From: Leucoraja ocellata
Taxonomy: Eukaryota
Assembly: GCA_036785375.1 (NCBI GenBank)
Contig: JAWMAR010000008.1
Span: 6,510,001-6,574,000, forward strand
Direction: 5' to 3'
DNA: 64,000 bases
How positions within the stretch are numbered: position 1 is the first letter of the stretch; every line of letters starts with the position of its first letter. Of the stretch, positions 1 to 11,934 are shown piece after piece. Under the pieces are notes generated by a model. The model made no database searches, was not told the DNA's origin, and worked only from the letters and a program-made list of their open reading frames with translations. A program made the translations under genes and the position numbers.

Positions 1-1099
1 CACATTTCCATTTCCTCATTGTTAGATCAAAATGTTCCACCTAATAGCTTTCAATAAATACTATCACAGTGTGAATGGGGCCATTAAGGAAAACAGCCCC
101 ACGCCACTTTCTCATGGACAATTATAGATGGGCATGAAATGGTATCTTTTCTTGCATTGTCCGCAAACCTTGTGGGATAATAAAAAGCTGCCACTGGGCT
201 GCGAACAAATCACACTGGGCTCTTGCAATGATTCTAGAGACATGTCCTTTGTACAGGAAATACAACCAAATTACTTATTCTGACCACTTTTAAAGAAAGT
301 CCACTGGTGTTGTGCCACATTTCCAAATTACACTGTCCTTCCTCCGGGAATGCATATCAAAGAGTATTCGCGTCAGTCAGACTGGACAATAAGATACTAG
401 GTGAAGGACAGCAGCATACCCTCCCTATCCATTACAAAAACGGAGTACACAACAAAAAGAATATTGGCACTCTTTTCATTTCTTCACTGACCTGTTAGAC
501 CTACAATAATTGCTAACCTGATTGCTGATTTGGGCTGAACACAGATCACAGAGAACTTGGGACTCTCTGGTCTCTGTCTTAACAATACAGCAAACCATTG
601 CTCACCATTCAACGTAGTTTTGAATAGAGGAAAAAGTAAAGCACTTGAAATGTTACAAAACTGTCATATCTTCCTGCAGGTTACTGATATGTGCCGGCAA
701 AGGGGGTATAAATAGTAAAACTAAAATTGTTGCAGGTACTGGAAATGCAAAGGCTAGCATAATACTTACCACTGGTGTGCAAAAACAAAAGGTAAAAATA
801 TACTTGTAATAAATAAAGGAACATAACAGCGTTGTGTCAATAGTGACAGAATCCTGGAATACAATTGGAAAACACTGATGCAGAAGTGTAGGACCATTCT
901 GGCCAAGGCTCGCGGTAACTGCATGTATTCTCCCGAAGCTGGAGAGAATGGAGAGGGTTTTGTGTGCTCAGAGTTTCAATGTTCATTCAGTCTTTGATTG
1001 GAGGATACATTCTCACAATCTCCGTGTCTCATTCTTCACTCAGCACCTATTTGGTATCTGTGTTTAAGAAAAATAAGATGTTTAGCTTTTGCCCAAACT

Positions 1100-1215
1100 T
1101 TGATCTGATGAAAGGTCATTACCATGAAACATTAACTCTGTTTCCCCGTCCACATATACCACCTGAGCCACTGAGTATTTCCAGATTTTTTTTGTGTATA
1201 TTTTGCATTTCCCTG
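1100..1215 (+). mobile_element. Old Penelope-derived short element (CTGATGA...GAAAC subfamily), degenerate
   Basis: ctgatgaaaggtca...tgaaacattaactctgtttc...ctgagtatttccag; similar copies near 32290-32370 and 53390-53470. Confidence 0.55.
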
Positions 1216-1409
1216 ATTACTAACTTTACATTATTTAAAAAAAATACTTAGGCTTACCCTGCTTTATCCCAAAACACATTGTCATCGTTTTCAGCGTGAA
1301 ATTATACCCTTGTAAGCTTTTGCTCCCTATTACATTTCTTATTTTGCCATCTATCTTCTCCTCAGGACTATGATTCCCTGTTGTGTTAACCACATCAATA
1401 ATATAATTA

Positions 1410-1770
1410 ATATAGTGTACAAAATCATGAGGGGAGATGATATTGTGAACGCACAGAGTCTCTTACCTAGCGATAGGAATCAAAAACTAAAGGTCATATG
1501 TTTTAGGTGAGAGAGGCAAAATGTTATACGAATGTGAGGGGCAGCTTTTCACTCAGAATATGTTGTGGGCATATGGAACAAGCTGACAGAGGAGGTCGTT
1601 GAGGCAGATATTATAACAGCATTTAAAAGATGCTTGGAACAGACACCTGTATAGGAAAGGTTTGGAGCAATATGGGCCAAATGCAAGACAAGCTTAAATG
1701 GGGCACCTTGGTGGGATTTGACAAGATGGGCTGAAGAGCTTGTTTCCATGCTGTCTTATTCAATGACTCT
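1410..1770 (+). mobile_element. CR1-clade LINE (HER1-like) 3' fragment
   Basis: Decayed RT C-terminus (YKIMRG...KTKGH.F.V) plus the 3' UTR gggctgaagagcttgtttccatgctgt shared by other copies. Confidence 0.8.
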
Positions 1771-2010
1771 CTTTGATTCTAATAGCTGAAGCCTCATCAT
1801 TGATCCCTGTAGGACACCAGAAATTACTTTCTTCCAGTTCGACTGTACACCTATTAATGTGCTGCCTGCGTTCAATTGTCTGACCAATCTTCTAAACGGG
1901 TCAGTGACTTGACTTCAATTCGATTGGCCTTAAACTTAAATTTCCTGTACGCAGAAACTTAGAGTATGTTCTGGAAAACAATTATGTTGTGAAAGGAAAA
2001 CCCATTTGAA

Positions 2011-2150
2011 GTACACAAAAAAACTGAAGAAGGGTTTCGGCCCGAAACGTTGCCTATTTCCTTCGCTCCATAGATGCTGTTGCACCCGCTGAGTTTCTCC
2101 AGTTTTTTTGTGTACCTTCGATTTTCCAGCTTTTGCAGTTCCTTCTTGAA
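2011..2150 (+). mobile_element. Penelope-derived short insert with hammerhead motif and target duplication
   Basis: TSD aaccc(a/g)tttgaagta at 1999-2013 and 2149-2163; 16-bp inverted segment 2011-2026 vs 2100-2115; core CTGAAGA-A-GGGTT tc GGCCC-GAAAC-GTT at 2024-2051. Confidence 0.8.
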
Positions 2151-2169
2151 CCCGTTTGAAGTAGGTAGT

Positions 2170-2400
2170 TTCTAATCAGCGCAGATTCCTCAAGTGCTCA
2201 GTCATTCTCTCCTTTATTATAGATTCCAATAAATTCCTTGCAACAGATGTTGGTCTATAGATATAGAATTTCCAGGTCTGCCCATTTTTATCTTCGGGGA
2301 ATAATGAAATTATATTTGCAATTTTTTCATTTCAAAGCAACAATTTTTGAGTTATTGAAGGAATCTGAAATGTTAAAAAATAGGGTAGCAGGAACCCATT
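2170..2400 (-). mobile_element. Old CR1 RT fragment
   Basis: Reverse strand reads YRPTSVARNLLESIIKERMTEHL, a CR1 ORF2 motif. Confidence 0.6.
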
Positions 2401-2644
2401 TTCTAGATATGTTTTCTCATAAAATCCATCCAGTTCTTTAATATCCCCCAGTGAAGAAAATCCTTAACACCGAGTTATACCAAAATGCAGTGATACTGCA
2501 ATATCCTCTGTAATTCCCTTGGCCGGTCAAAGGATTTACAGAGGATATTAAATACTAACCTTGCTAGTGGAGCTAACGTCCCAGGAAATACAACAGTGAA
2601 AACCTTCAGTTGCAGAGAATGTTTAAATCTTTAATGCCAATTTC

Positions 2645-3022
2645 ATGGAGTCACAAACCAATACAGCATGGTCTTTTGGCGACTGAGCTATAGGTCAGTC
2701 ATCAAACATCTATCTATACTATTCCTTTCTGCATCTGCAGTTTCTTGTGTCTCTAATCCAAAACTAATTCCATTTTTACTCTCCCCACTTCCCATCAACT
2801 CCCCCCAGATTCTACCACTCTTCTGCAGACTACGGCCAATATGTAGTGGTGAATTAAATTACAACTTGTATGTCTTTGGGATGTGGGAGGACACTGGACC
2901 ACCTGGAGGAAACCCACACAGTCACAGGGAGAATGTGCAAACTCCACAGAGACAGCAGCTGAGGTCAAGATCAAACCTAGGTCACCGGAGCTGAGGGACA
3001 GCAGTTCTACTAACTCTGCTAC
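2645..3022 (-). mobile_element. tRNA-derived V-SINE (HE1-like), older subfamily
   Basis: Reverse strand: tRNA-like head, central ggagtttgcacattctccctgtgactgtgtgggtttcctcc core, CR1-like tail. Confidence 0.75.
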
Positions 3023-3583
3023 ACACTTTTTCTGATCATGTTTCCCTGAGAGCATTAATTTTAATGAATCCCTTTCCTTAATTTTTTAGTGGGTTTCTTG
3101 GAATATAATATCCTCTTCCGGTACAAAGAAGAATGACAGAAAACAAATTGTTCAAATGACGTGCAATTCATTTGTTTTTCTAAAAACAATGTTTTTTAGT
3201 AAAAAGCAACGATCAATTTTGAATGTATCATCAAATCTATCTTTGTATTTATATTCCACTGCATAGTGCAGAGAAAAATAGGCATTTATGTTCTGGGGGA
3301 CCAACATGAATATTGGCAAGGTGCTAGGAAAGCCTGTATCCCGGGAATGGTTTAAAAGGGTGATGCTCTAGTTTCAGTCATGAATTCTAACCCATAAAAC
3401 ATTGGTAGTGAATAGAAAATAAGTGTTGCACAAACTGTTTGCAAACAGGTGTAAGGACTTGTAATAAACTTGCCTACCCCACCCGGCCCAATTACTGCTG
3501 GTGATTACTTTATGGCCCTGGTGAGTAGTTTATCATTACTATTCCAAATATCTCGGTTGGTATTGAAATTAAATTGCACACAC

Positions 3584-3692
3584 CTTCATCCCAGCCTTCA
3601 GAGACTCCTGCCAGCTCATAATGCTTTTTCCGTAGTCCACCCAGACGCTCCCTCTCTTTCTGTAGCTGACTTTCCAGTTCTAGAACATGAAC
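3584..3692 (-). CDS. HIP1: HIP1 exon (~30), 109 nt: VHVLELESQLQKERERLGGLRKKHYELAGVSEGWDE(G)
   Basis: ccttgaag|GTT...G|gtgtgt; within ORF 3510..3698; the 3' boundary could alternatively read through to the stop at 3510. Confidence 0.9.
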
Positions 3693-4497
3693 CTTCAAGG
3701 TAGGGATAAAAACATAAAGATATTACACATTTACACTTTTATTTCACCCTGTCATAGAGTCATACAGCGTGGAAGTAGGCTCTTCAACCCAAGTTCCCAC
3801 ACTGACCAACATGTCCTATCTACATTAGCCCCACCTGCCTGCATTTGGGCCTTATCCCTGTCCTATCCATGTACCTGTCAAAATGTTTCTAAAAGTTATG
3901 ATAGTACCTGCCTCAACTACCTCCTCCGGCAGCTCGTTCCACGCACCCACTAACCATTCTTTGTGTTCTTGCAGAAGAACCTGTCTCAAAGTGAACTTTC
4001 AGCGACTTTACAGTTTTATAGTACAGATTAAAAACACAAATGAAGAGCATGAGAGGCTCACCAATCCCATTTTTTTCATCAGATCGCTTGTTCAACCTCT
4101 CAAGGAAAAACTCATAGAGAACATTATTACCATTACAATGGTAATCAAGCAAAAACTCCTGAGCATGCATCAATCTTGTTCTCTCCACTGACAGCAAAAC
4201 AGCTTTTGACCTGACAGAGAACTAACTATTCATTCTTTGTCTGATTCTCATCATGGGGTACAGCTTCTGATAAGCTGCAAGCTGTGGCTTCCAACTATCT
4301 CATTTATTAAAGAACATATTAACTCTAATTGGAATGCCAGCTTAATGTTTATTCCCCTAAATTGTACCCCTGCTACATGAACGATGCACTTAATTCAAGG
4401 GAACTGGAAGATATAATCAGCCAAACGCTTTATCTTTTTCATCACCAAGAAACAATGGAAAAAAGCAGAGAGCCATGCAATGATAGTTTTACAATAC

Positions 4498-4559
4498 CTG
4501 CGAATCCATTTCCTGTCGCTTGATTTGTGTCAGTGTCATGCTGGAGAAATCCATTGTAT
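4498..4559 (-). CDS. HIP1: HIP1 exon (~29), 62 nt: TMDFSSMTLTQIKRQEMDSQ
   Basis: gttccag|AT...CAG|gtattg. Confidence 0.96.
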
Positions 4560-4832
4560 CTGGAACAAATCAATGAGAGTGGCAGAGCACGCATGAGGAA
4601 AAATAAAATCACCAACAGAATATACACAAGATGTGGTTCCTCATCTGCAATTTATCTTCTGCTACTAACAGAAGTATTTTTTTGCTGGATATAGTTCTGT
4701 GGGCAGTAGGCATGGTCCAATAATTTGCCCAAAAGCTCTTCCTTCCTATCAGCCTACACATAGAAACTGCACCACGTGGCCCAAATGCTACATCCAAACA
4801 AACGTGGAAAACCCAACAGCTGATCTGAGGGA

Positions 4833-4977
4833 AGATAGAGAAAAAAAGCTGGAGTAACTCAGCGCGACAGGCAGCATTTCTGGAGAGAAGGAATGGGTGA
4901 CGTTTCGGATCGAGACCCTTCCTCAGACTAGCATCTTCGGTTTAACTCAGCACCTGCAATTCCTTCCTGATCCTGAC
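4833..4977 (-). mobile_element. Penelope-derived short insert (inverted plus direct segment) with 17-bp TSD
   Basis: acagctgatctgaggga at 4816-4832 and 4978-4994; inserted into a Deu-domain SINE. Confidence 0.82.
4899..4926 (-). ncRNA. Minimal type I hammerhead ribozyme motif (intact core), sense to HIP1 pre-mRNA
   Basis: CTGAGGA-A-GGGTC tc GATCC-GAAAC-GTC; helix I only ~2 bp, activity unproven. Confidence 0.6.
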
Positions 4978-4979
4978 AC

Positions 4980-5180
4980 AGCTGATCTGAGGGAGTATTG
5001 CACTGGCAAGGAGCTGTCCTTCAGGGGAAACCTTTTCTGCTTTCTCACTCGGTGCAAAACCCACATTGCATAATTTTGAAGAACCGGGAAGCTCTTTCAG
5101 TGTTCTGGCTAATATGTAATCGTCAACCATGAACATTAAGAAATATCTGGCCACTAACTCATTACCATTTGGGAGCCCTT
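4980..5180 (+). mobile_element. Ancient Deu-domain SINE remnant (SacSINE1/AmnSINE1-related)
   Basis: ctgagggagtattgcactg...gaagaac.gggaagctct...gtgttctggctaatat...tatctggcca resembles the Deu domain as recalled. Confidence 0.55.
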
Positions 5181-5239
5181 AAATTACATTTCTCAGCTAG
5201 AATTTTTAAATTATGACAATGAATGTAGACTGTATCATG

Positions 5240-6406
5240 TTATTGAATTGAATTTAAATTAATAAAAATTTATTAGCCAAGTATGTATACGTACAGGGAA
5301 TTTGCCTTGGTGCTTTGCTCACAAAAGGATAAAAAAAAACATATACAGCAGACTATTAAAAATAAAACATTATAATTTAAACATGTGACGATAAAGTACA
5401 TACAAGTAAAGGAGTAAAAAGAGGCTACAGACTTTTGGCTGGTGAGTAGAGCTACTGCTCGTGGAAAAAAGCAGTTTTTATGTCTGCCTGTGGCAGCTTT
5501 GACAGTCCGGAGTCCCCTCCCAGAGGGAAGTACTTCAAAGAGTTTGTGGCCAGGGTGAGAGGGATCAGAAATGATCTTATCCGCTCGCTTCCTGGCCCTT
5601 GCAGTGTTCAGTTCGTCAATGGGGGAAAGGTTGCAGCCAACAGCTTTCTCGGCTGATCGAACGGTGCGCTGAAGCCTCCGGATGTCATGCTTGGTGGCTG
5701 AGCCAAACCAGACCATGATGGAGAAGATGAGGACAGACTCTATGATGGTAGTGTAAAACTGGACCATCATTGCCTGTGGCAGGTTGTATTTCCTCAGCTG
5801 CCAGGAAGTACATCCTCTCTTGGTACTTTTTGACTGTGGAGTCGATGGTGGCTTCCCATTTAAGATCCCTGGAGATTATGGTTCCGAGGAACTTAAATGA
5901 CTCCATAATTGTGACTGTAGTGTTGTTGATGATGAATGGGAGGCAGGGAAGTCTGCCGTTAATTCCACTGTCTTAAGAGCATTGAGCTCCAGGTTGGTGC
6001 GATGGCACCAGGACGCCAGATATGTCACTTTCTGTCTGTAGGCAGATATCCCCCAATCCTGGATCAGTCCAATAAGGGTTGTTTCATCCGCAAAATTAAA
6101 AACCTTGACAGAGGAATCTGTGGAGGTGCAGTCGTTGGTGTAGAGAGTAAAGGGGAGATTACGCAGCCTTGCGGTGCTCCTATGCCGAGGGTCAGCGGAT
6201 CAGAGATGTACTTTCCCAGCCTCACATGCTGCTTCCTGTGTGTCAGGAAGTTGGTGATCCACTGACAGTGGGGTTCAGGCACGGTCAGCTGGGAGCATTT
6301 GGAGTGTAGTAGCTCTGGCACAATGGTGTTGAATGCAGAGCTAAAATCCACAAACAGAATATTTGCATAGGTACCCCGGCGATCTAGGTGCTGGATGATG
6401 AAGTGC
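5240..6406 (-). mobile_element. Rex1/Babar-clade LINE, 5'-truncated, frameshifted RT
   Basis: ORFs 6064..6435 (ILFVDFSSAFNTIVP...GAPQGCVISPLL), 5685..5906 (FKFLGTIISRDLKW) and 5273..5770 (DPSHPGHKLF..LPSGR); short-repeat tail near 5240. Confidence 0.9.
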
Positions 6407-6689
6407 CCAAAGGGTTTGGGACATCTTGGGTTCATGAAAGGAATTAGATAATAAATTCAACCCTTTATAAAAAAGAATAATGCCATCAGATGCAGGAACA
6501 CTGAATGATTTTCCACACCTTGGCCCAGGGATTGGAGACCAACTGAAGTCCACTTACAGTCATTCAGTCCCAACTACAGATAGAACCTGGAACCTTATGC
6601 CTTTTAAAGCACATCACTTTAAAAAATCAAACGTGTTTGAAGCTATAAACCTTAAGTATCTGGTAATTTTTATGGTTAAATACTTATCC

Positions 6690-7278
6690 CCGGGAGCCGC
6701 CGAACAAACGGGGTGCCGATAACTGGAGCGACGACCGACAACCAGAACGCCCCCCTGGTTGGCCCGACTCACCCCACAGGCCTCTCACGGCACTGCGGAG
6801 AAGCCGGGCGGCGAGGCCTGCCTGGGTCAAAGGAGCCTCAGTGGCGATGGCAGACTCGGCGGCGGCAGCAGAAGACTCGGCTGCAGCTTGAGCCTCAACG
6901 GCAACAGGAGCCTCAGCGGTGATGAGGCCTCAGCGACACGGGAGCCTCGGCGGCAGTGGGAGCCTCGGTAGCGGTGGAACGTGTGAGGAGGGGGCGGGGA
7001 AGACAATGGGGACCCGGCGTGGGGGGACCACCTTGAGGGACGGTGGGAGAACAAAGGGGGACCCTGGTGTGGGGGGAGGGGCGCACTCTGGTTTAGAATC
7101 CTCTGCCCAGGGGATAAGCCTGCATTCATTTGTTTGTTCGTTCCGGTTCATTCCGGTGAAGGCGCTGTGCACATGGCAGCCAGCCAACAGTCGCTTGTCC
7201 TTTTCGGTTGTTTTTTCACTTTTAATTTCAAGTTTTTGTGTACCTTGTGTGTTGTGACTGTCGGCAATTACAATTTGG
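6690..7278 (+). mobile_element. GC-rich non-autonomous retroposon with internal ~18-bp tandem repeat and Rex1-like 3' end
   Basis: Degenerate ggagcctcggcggcagtg units at ~6830-6978; 3' end matches the tail of the Rex1 copy at ~11375-11425. Confidence 0.6.
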
Positions 7279-8856
7279 AAGAGCTGGTCATAACAAAACA
7301 CTTCTTCTAAGATTTTCAATCATCTTATTATTCTCCTGAAATGACCCAACTCCCATGACTGTTCGGTAACGGACATTCTGTGCACCCTACTCCATAAAGA
7401 ACAAAAAGCCAACGGCCAATTATTCTGTTTCTGGTGATATTAAGGAGGCTCTGTTCATCAACATATCTTTTTCCAATCATATCCATATCTTTTAACATCC
7501 CATCTAAACCACATTTCTGGGAGATAAGGCCGCTGTTTTATCTTAACGGAAATGTTTCCAACCAAATAAAATATTGTGTGAAAATTTACTTCTAAATTAC
7601 AGGTCAAGAATAGGAGGATGAATGCACAATCCTCTAACTCCAGACAAAGAGGAATGCTTTACAACGGTCACAAATGATAGCGCTTGCAAACTCGACAACA
7701 GCCTTTTCAGTATCGAAGTGAGGTAAAACGCTGATTGAAGATCTTTCAGGAATGGTAGATTTCCTCCTGATATTACGTGGGAAAGATTGTTGCCAACTAC
7801 AAAACCATCGCTCAACATGAGGAAAGGGAAGTTGCTACATTAAAGATAACCAAGTGTCACAGGGTGGTACTTCCACCAACTTCCACTTGGTGACCGTTTT
7901 GCTGCTACTATTTGAAATATTCAGTCATTCTGATGAATTATAAAAATTCATAAAATACTCCAAATGTTGCCAGAGATTGTTAATATGATGTAATTTGTGA
8001 CTTTTAACTATGTATTAAAATTTCCAGCTAAAAGTGTACAATTTGCCACAGACTCTGCTTTTCCAGGATGATTCCGTTAGCATGCATCCCAATCCGCATC
8101 AATGAAAAAGCAACACACTCAAGAAACAGAACATTCTGGAAAAGCTCAACAAGTCAAGAAGCTGCTGCGGAGATAGAAACACACAAATAATTCAGGTCAA
8201 GGACCCTTGGTCAGAATACTGGTGAAGAACAAGTCGTTCCTCTGTTCCCCAGATGAGATAACTTTCCAATGTCCAAATTTTAATTGCCATTACTACTCGG
8301 GAATGTCAGAGTGAAAGAACTTACGTAGTCGCTGATAGTAAAAACAAATCTTCCAGTCGTTATTTCCAGTCCTTTATTGAAGTAGTAATACAGATAACAA
8401 GTGAATATACCTGATCCTCTTAATTCTTATACAAGCTGTAACTTTTTGTTCTTACTGTGTTGTGTGATAAGAACTGTTGTCTCTTCAATCCCCCAGGCTA
8501 ATCTGATCTGACCACTCCCTGTGGCTTCACTAGCCTCCTCAGATGTAGACACACCCATCTACGTATCAAAATCCCTCCCCCAAGCATACAAAAATTATAC
8601 AGCTAGAAATATCCAAACAAAATACTAACAGTATCTAACTTAAGCATGAATGGCTCCTACAAGAGATTTGGAGGGCTAGTTGTATTTCTATCCCCACAGA
8701 TATTGCCAGATTTACTGAATATGTCCATGTTTCCAGTGTCTGCAGTATTTTGCTATTAGGTTGTATAGAATGGATATATCCACCTCCCGCAACACATCTC
8801 ACCATCCACCCCTTTATATTCTTTCAGGTTCATACATAATGTCAAAAGTGATCTAC

Positions 8857-8980
8857 CTTTCTCCTCAATCTGGGACTTTCCCGATTTGGTGGAAGCCACT
8901 ACTTTGGCTGTGGCTTCGTTAACACCCTTGGACGCTTCCCGCAGCCTTCCAAGGTTACAGTTGTCTTTATCTGCTTTTAC
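8857..8980 (-). CDS. HIP1: HIP1 exon (~28), 124 nt: VKADKDNCNLGRLREASKGVNEATAKVVASTKSGKSQIEEK(D)
   Basis: ttttgtag|GTA...G|gtagat. Confidence 0.96.
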
Positions 8981-9247
8981 CTACAAAAGAAGGCGGCACA
9001 AGTATAAGTTTCTCAAGAGCAAGAGGGCAATCAGGGAAAGAGTGGGTCCCTCTCAGGAACAAAGGGATAATCTATGTGTGGAGGCAGGTGCAGCGCGCAG
9101 GTCCAAAATGAATAGCTCTCATCTGTATTCAACAAGGGGAAAGATGCAAAAGTGAGAGTTCAAGGAGGGGTATTGCGATCAACTGGATCATGCCAATATA
9201 GCGGTATTGTATGTCTCGAACATGGGTGAATAAACATGATGACTTAC

Positions 9248-9353
9248 CTTGGAGGCAGCAACCAGTTGTGCTGTACTGGCTGCAATCTCATGAGAACACA
9301 CCATTAACTCTTCAAACTTCCCCTTTCCCTGGACAACCAAGTCTGCAGCATCC
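9248..9353 (-). CDS. HIP1: HIP1 exon (~27), 106 nt: DAADLVVQGKGKFEELMVCSHEIAASTAQLVAASK
   Basis: tattcag|G...AAG|gtaagt. Confidence 0.97.
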
Positions 9354-9454
9354 CTGAATAGACACATGGAAGAATGCTAGTTAGGCTCCAGACCATCCAT
9401 CAAATCTCAACACTGCTAAATAAACTAGAGTAAGAATATAATTTACTAACACAA

Positions 9455-10095
9455 GCTCTATACTGAGATTTACGAGAATGTTGCCAGGACTTGACAGTCT
9501 GAGCTATAGGGAGAGGTTGGGCAGGCTAGGACTATATTCCTTGGAGTGCAAGAGGCTGAGAGGTGATCTTATAGAGGTGTAAAGATCATGAAAGTAGATA
9601 GAGTGAATGCATAGAATTTCTTACCCAGAGTAGAAACATAGAAATTAGGTGCAGGAGTAGGCCATTCGGCCCTTCGAGCCTGCACCGCCATTCAATATGA
9701 TCATGGCTGATCATCCAACTCAGTATCCCGTACCTGCCTTCTCTCCATACCCTCTGATCCCCTTGGCCACAAGGGCCACACCTAACTCCCTCTTAAATAT
9801 AGTAGGGGAATCAAGAACTAGAGGACATTGGTTAAATGTGAGAGGGGAAAGATTTAACAGGAACCCGAGTGGCAACATTTTCCACATGGAGGGTTGTGGG
9901 TGCATGGAACAAGAGGAGGTAGTTGAGGCTAGTACTCCAACAATATTTAAAAGACATTTGGACAGGCTCATGGATTGAAAAGATTTAGAGGGATAATGGC
10001 CAAACGTGGGCAGCTGGGACTAGTGTAGTGTGGCATATTAGTTTGCATGGGCAAGTTGGGCCGAAGAGCTTGTTTGTGTGATATAGGACTATAAC
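9455..10095 (+). mobile_element. CR1 3' fragment interrupted by a younger antisense CR1 3' end (9634-9800)
   Basis: Host reads ttacccagagtag|...|agtaggggaatcaagaac; insert begins with the reversed tail aaacatagaaattaggtgcagg. Confidence 0.85.
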
Positions 10096-10774
10096 TCTAT
10101 ATTAGGTAGACATGCATCAATGAAATCTACACCAAGGACTTAATCAGTAAATACACGTTCCAAAGTTGAATCACATAAGCTATAAAAGACATTATTGCCC
10201 AATAAAACCTCTTCTCATGCATATAAACTCCAGACTTTGATGGCCTGTATTATACAGTCAACCGATGGGTCTACAGCTGACCTCTAGCTGCCCGCAAACA
10301 TCAAGTGTTCACTGTGAGGTGGATTTCCCCTTTCCTGACAGTTTGTTTCAGCTAGGTCTCGGGATCTGTGGCATACAGTGACCATGATGTCAAGGTTAGC
10401 TATGTATCCAGTCACATTAAAGAGTTATGAACCTTTGCATAATGGGAAAAAAACACAATTTCTAGATAATTAGACATAACCCAAAAGTTTCAAATGGAAG
10501 CTACAAACGGCTGACAGTGAAGGAGTATTGATTCCCTGACAGTAACTTCAGGATTTATCAATTAAACTGTACATGTGGAAATCCCAAAACTCCTGTCTGG
10601 TGCACAATACAATGATAAAGCATGATGACCGTTACACTGCCATTAAATTGGCATATTTCAGGCAATCACATACTCAATATCTTGATAATATTGATTAAAC
10701 GTGTAACAGACACTACTAACAGCTTCATTTTTTGTTCTGTGATATGACCTAATGCTTTGAAATCACAAGATGTT

Positions 10775-11452
10775 GAGTGGCGTGGGCTGAATCACCTGCA
10801 ACTCATTAGGAGGAGAGGGACACCCCTGTCCCCTGTCTCCATCAATGGTGTGGATGTGCACTTTACCAAGGAGTACAAATATCTTGGAGTGTACCTGAAC
10901 AGCAACCTGGACTGGCCCAGGAACGCTGAGTTGCTGTACCAGAGGGGACAGAGCCGGCTGTACTTTTTGAGAAGGCTCCGCTCCTTCAATGTCTGCAGTA
11001 AAATGCTGCATATGTTCTACCACTCGGTGGTAGCCAGTGCCATCTTCTTCGTTGCCGTGTCCTTGATCAGCAGGGCGAAGGATCAAGAAACTCATCAGGA
11101 AGGCTGGCTCTGTCTTGGGGGCAGAGTTGGATTCATGTAAGGTGGTCTTGGAGGGGACGATGCTCCTCAAACTGCAGAGCATCTTGGACAATACAGCTCA
11201 CTCCCTCTATGACACACTGGTCAACTTGAGGAGTACCTTCAGCAACAGACTGGTTCGATCAAGATGCAGTACACAACACCATGGGAGACCCTTCTTCCCT
11301 GTGACTATCAGACTAACTCCATTTCTCCTTCCCCCCACCCCAATCTTTACATATCCCCGACCCTTCCCACTCGTCACTTTAATTTCATGTATCTTGTGTT
11401 TTATGACTGTTGGCAGATCAATTTCCCTCCTGGGATAAATAAAGTTCTATCG
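10775..11452 (+). mobile_element. Rex1/Babar-clade LINE 3' fragment
   Basis: ORF 10757..11140 (EYKYLGVYLNSNLDW..N...L.QRGQSRLYFLRRLRSFNV); ends with aataaataaagttctatc. Confidence 0.9.
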
Positions 11453-11934
11453 TTTTGCATGTAAACTACTGATTCCATGCGCTTGCTTAGTTCACATCTC
11501 TTTATTTCCTTTTCCTTCTGACTATTCTACTTCTATTCTATTCCACTGACAGAGCTTCTGCGCCACAGCTTTATTCTTACAACTATTTACTCTAATTTTA
11601 ACTATAAAATGTTTTTCTTGCTGTGTCCTATTTTACTTGCATCTATGTTTGTTGTATATTTGTTGGCCCCTTAACTATTTGATCCTATCGCACGCTTCTA
11701 TAATTTTAAACACCTCCGTTAAATGATTGTATGATGTTCTACTTTAATGAAAATGTAGTGCGCGTTTTCTTCCTTCGTGGCACATAAGCATTGGCAGCAT
11801 CATAGTAAATCTGCTTTAAACTTTATTAACACAGCATTCAGTCATTCTGTCATATAATGATGAGCCCAAAATGGCTTGGTTAAGCTTTGTACTGATTAAC
11901 CACTGCATCACTGCAACCACTGCACTGATTAACC

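Noticed and set aside
1259-1326. Candidate terminal coding exon ending at the strong donor gtaagc
   Set aside because: No pyrimidine tract before the nearest AG and no similarity to HIP1 tails.
6713-7319. Overlapping GC-rich ORFs (70-130 aa) as a nested gene, or the 18-bp units as a CRISPR-like array
   Set aside because: The ORFs arise from stop-poor GC-rich repeat sequence. The units are contiguous and degenerate, with no unique spacers and no cas genes.
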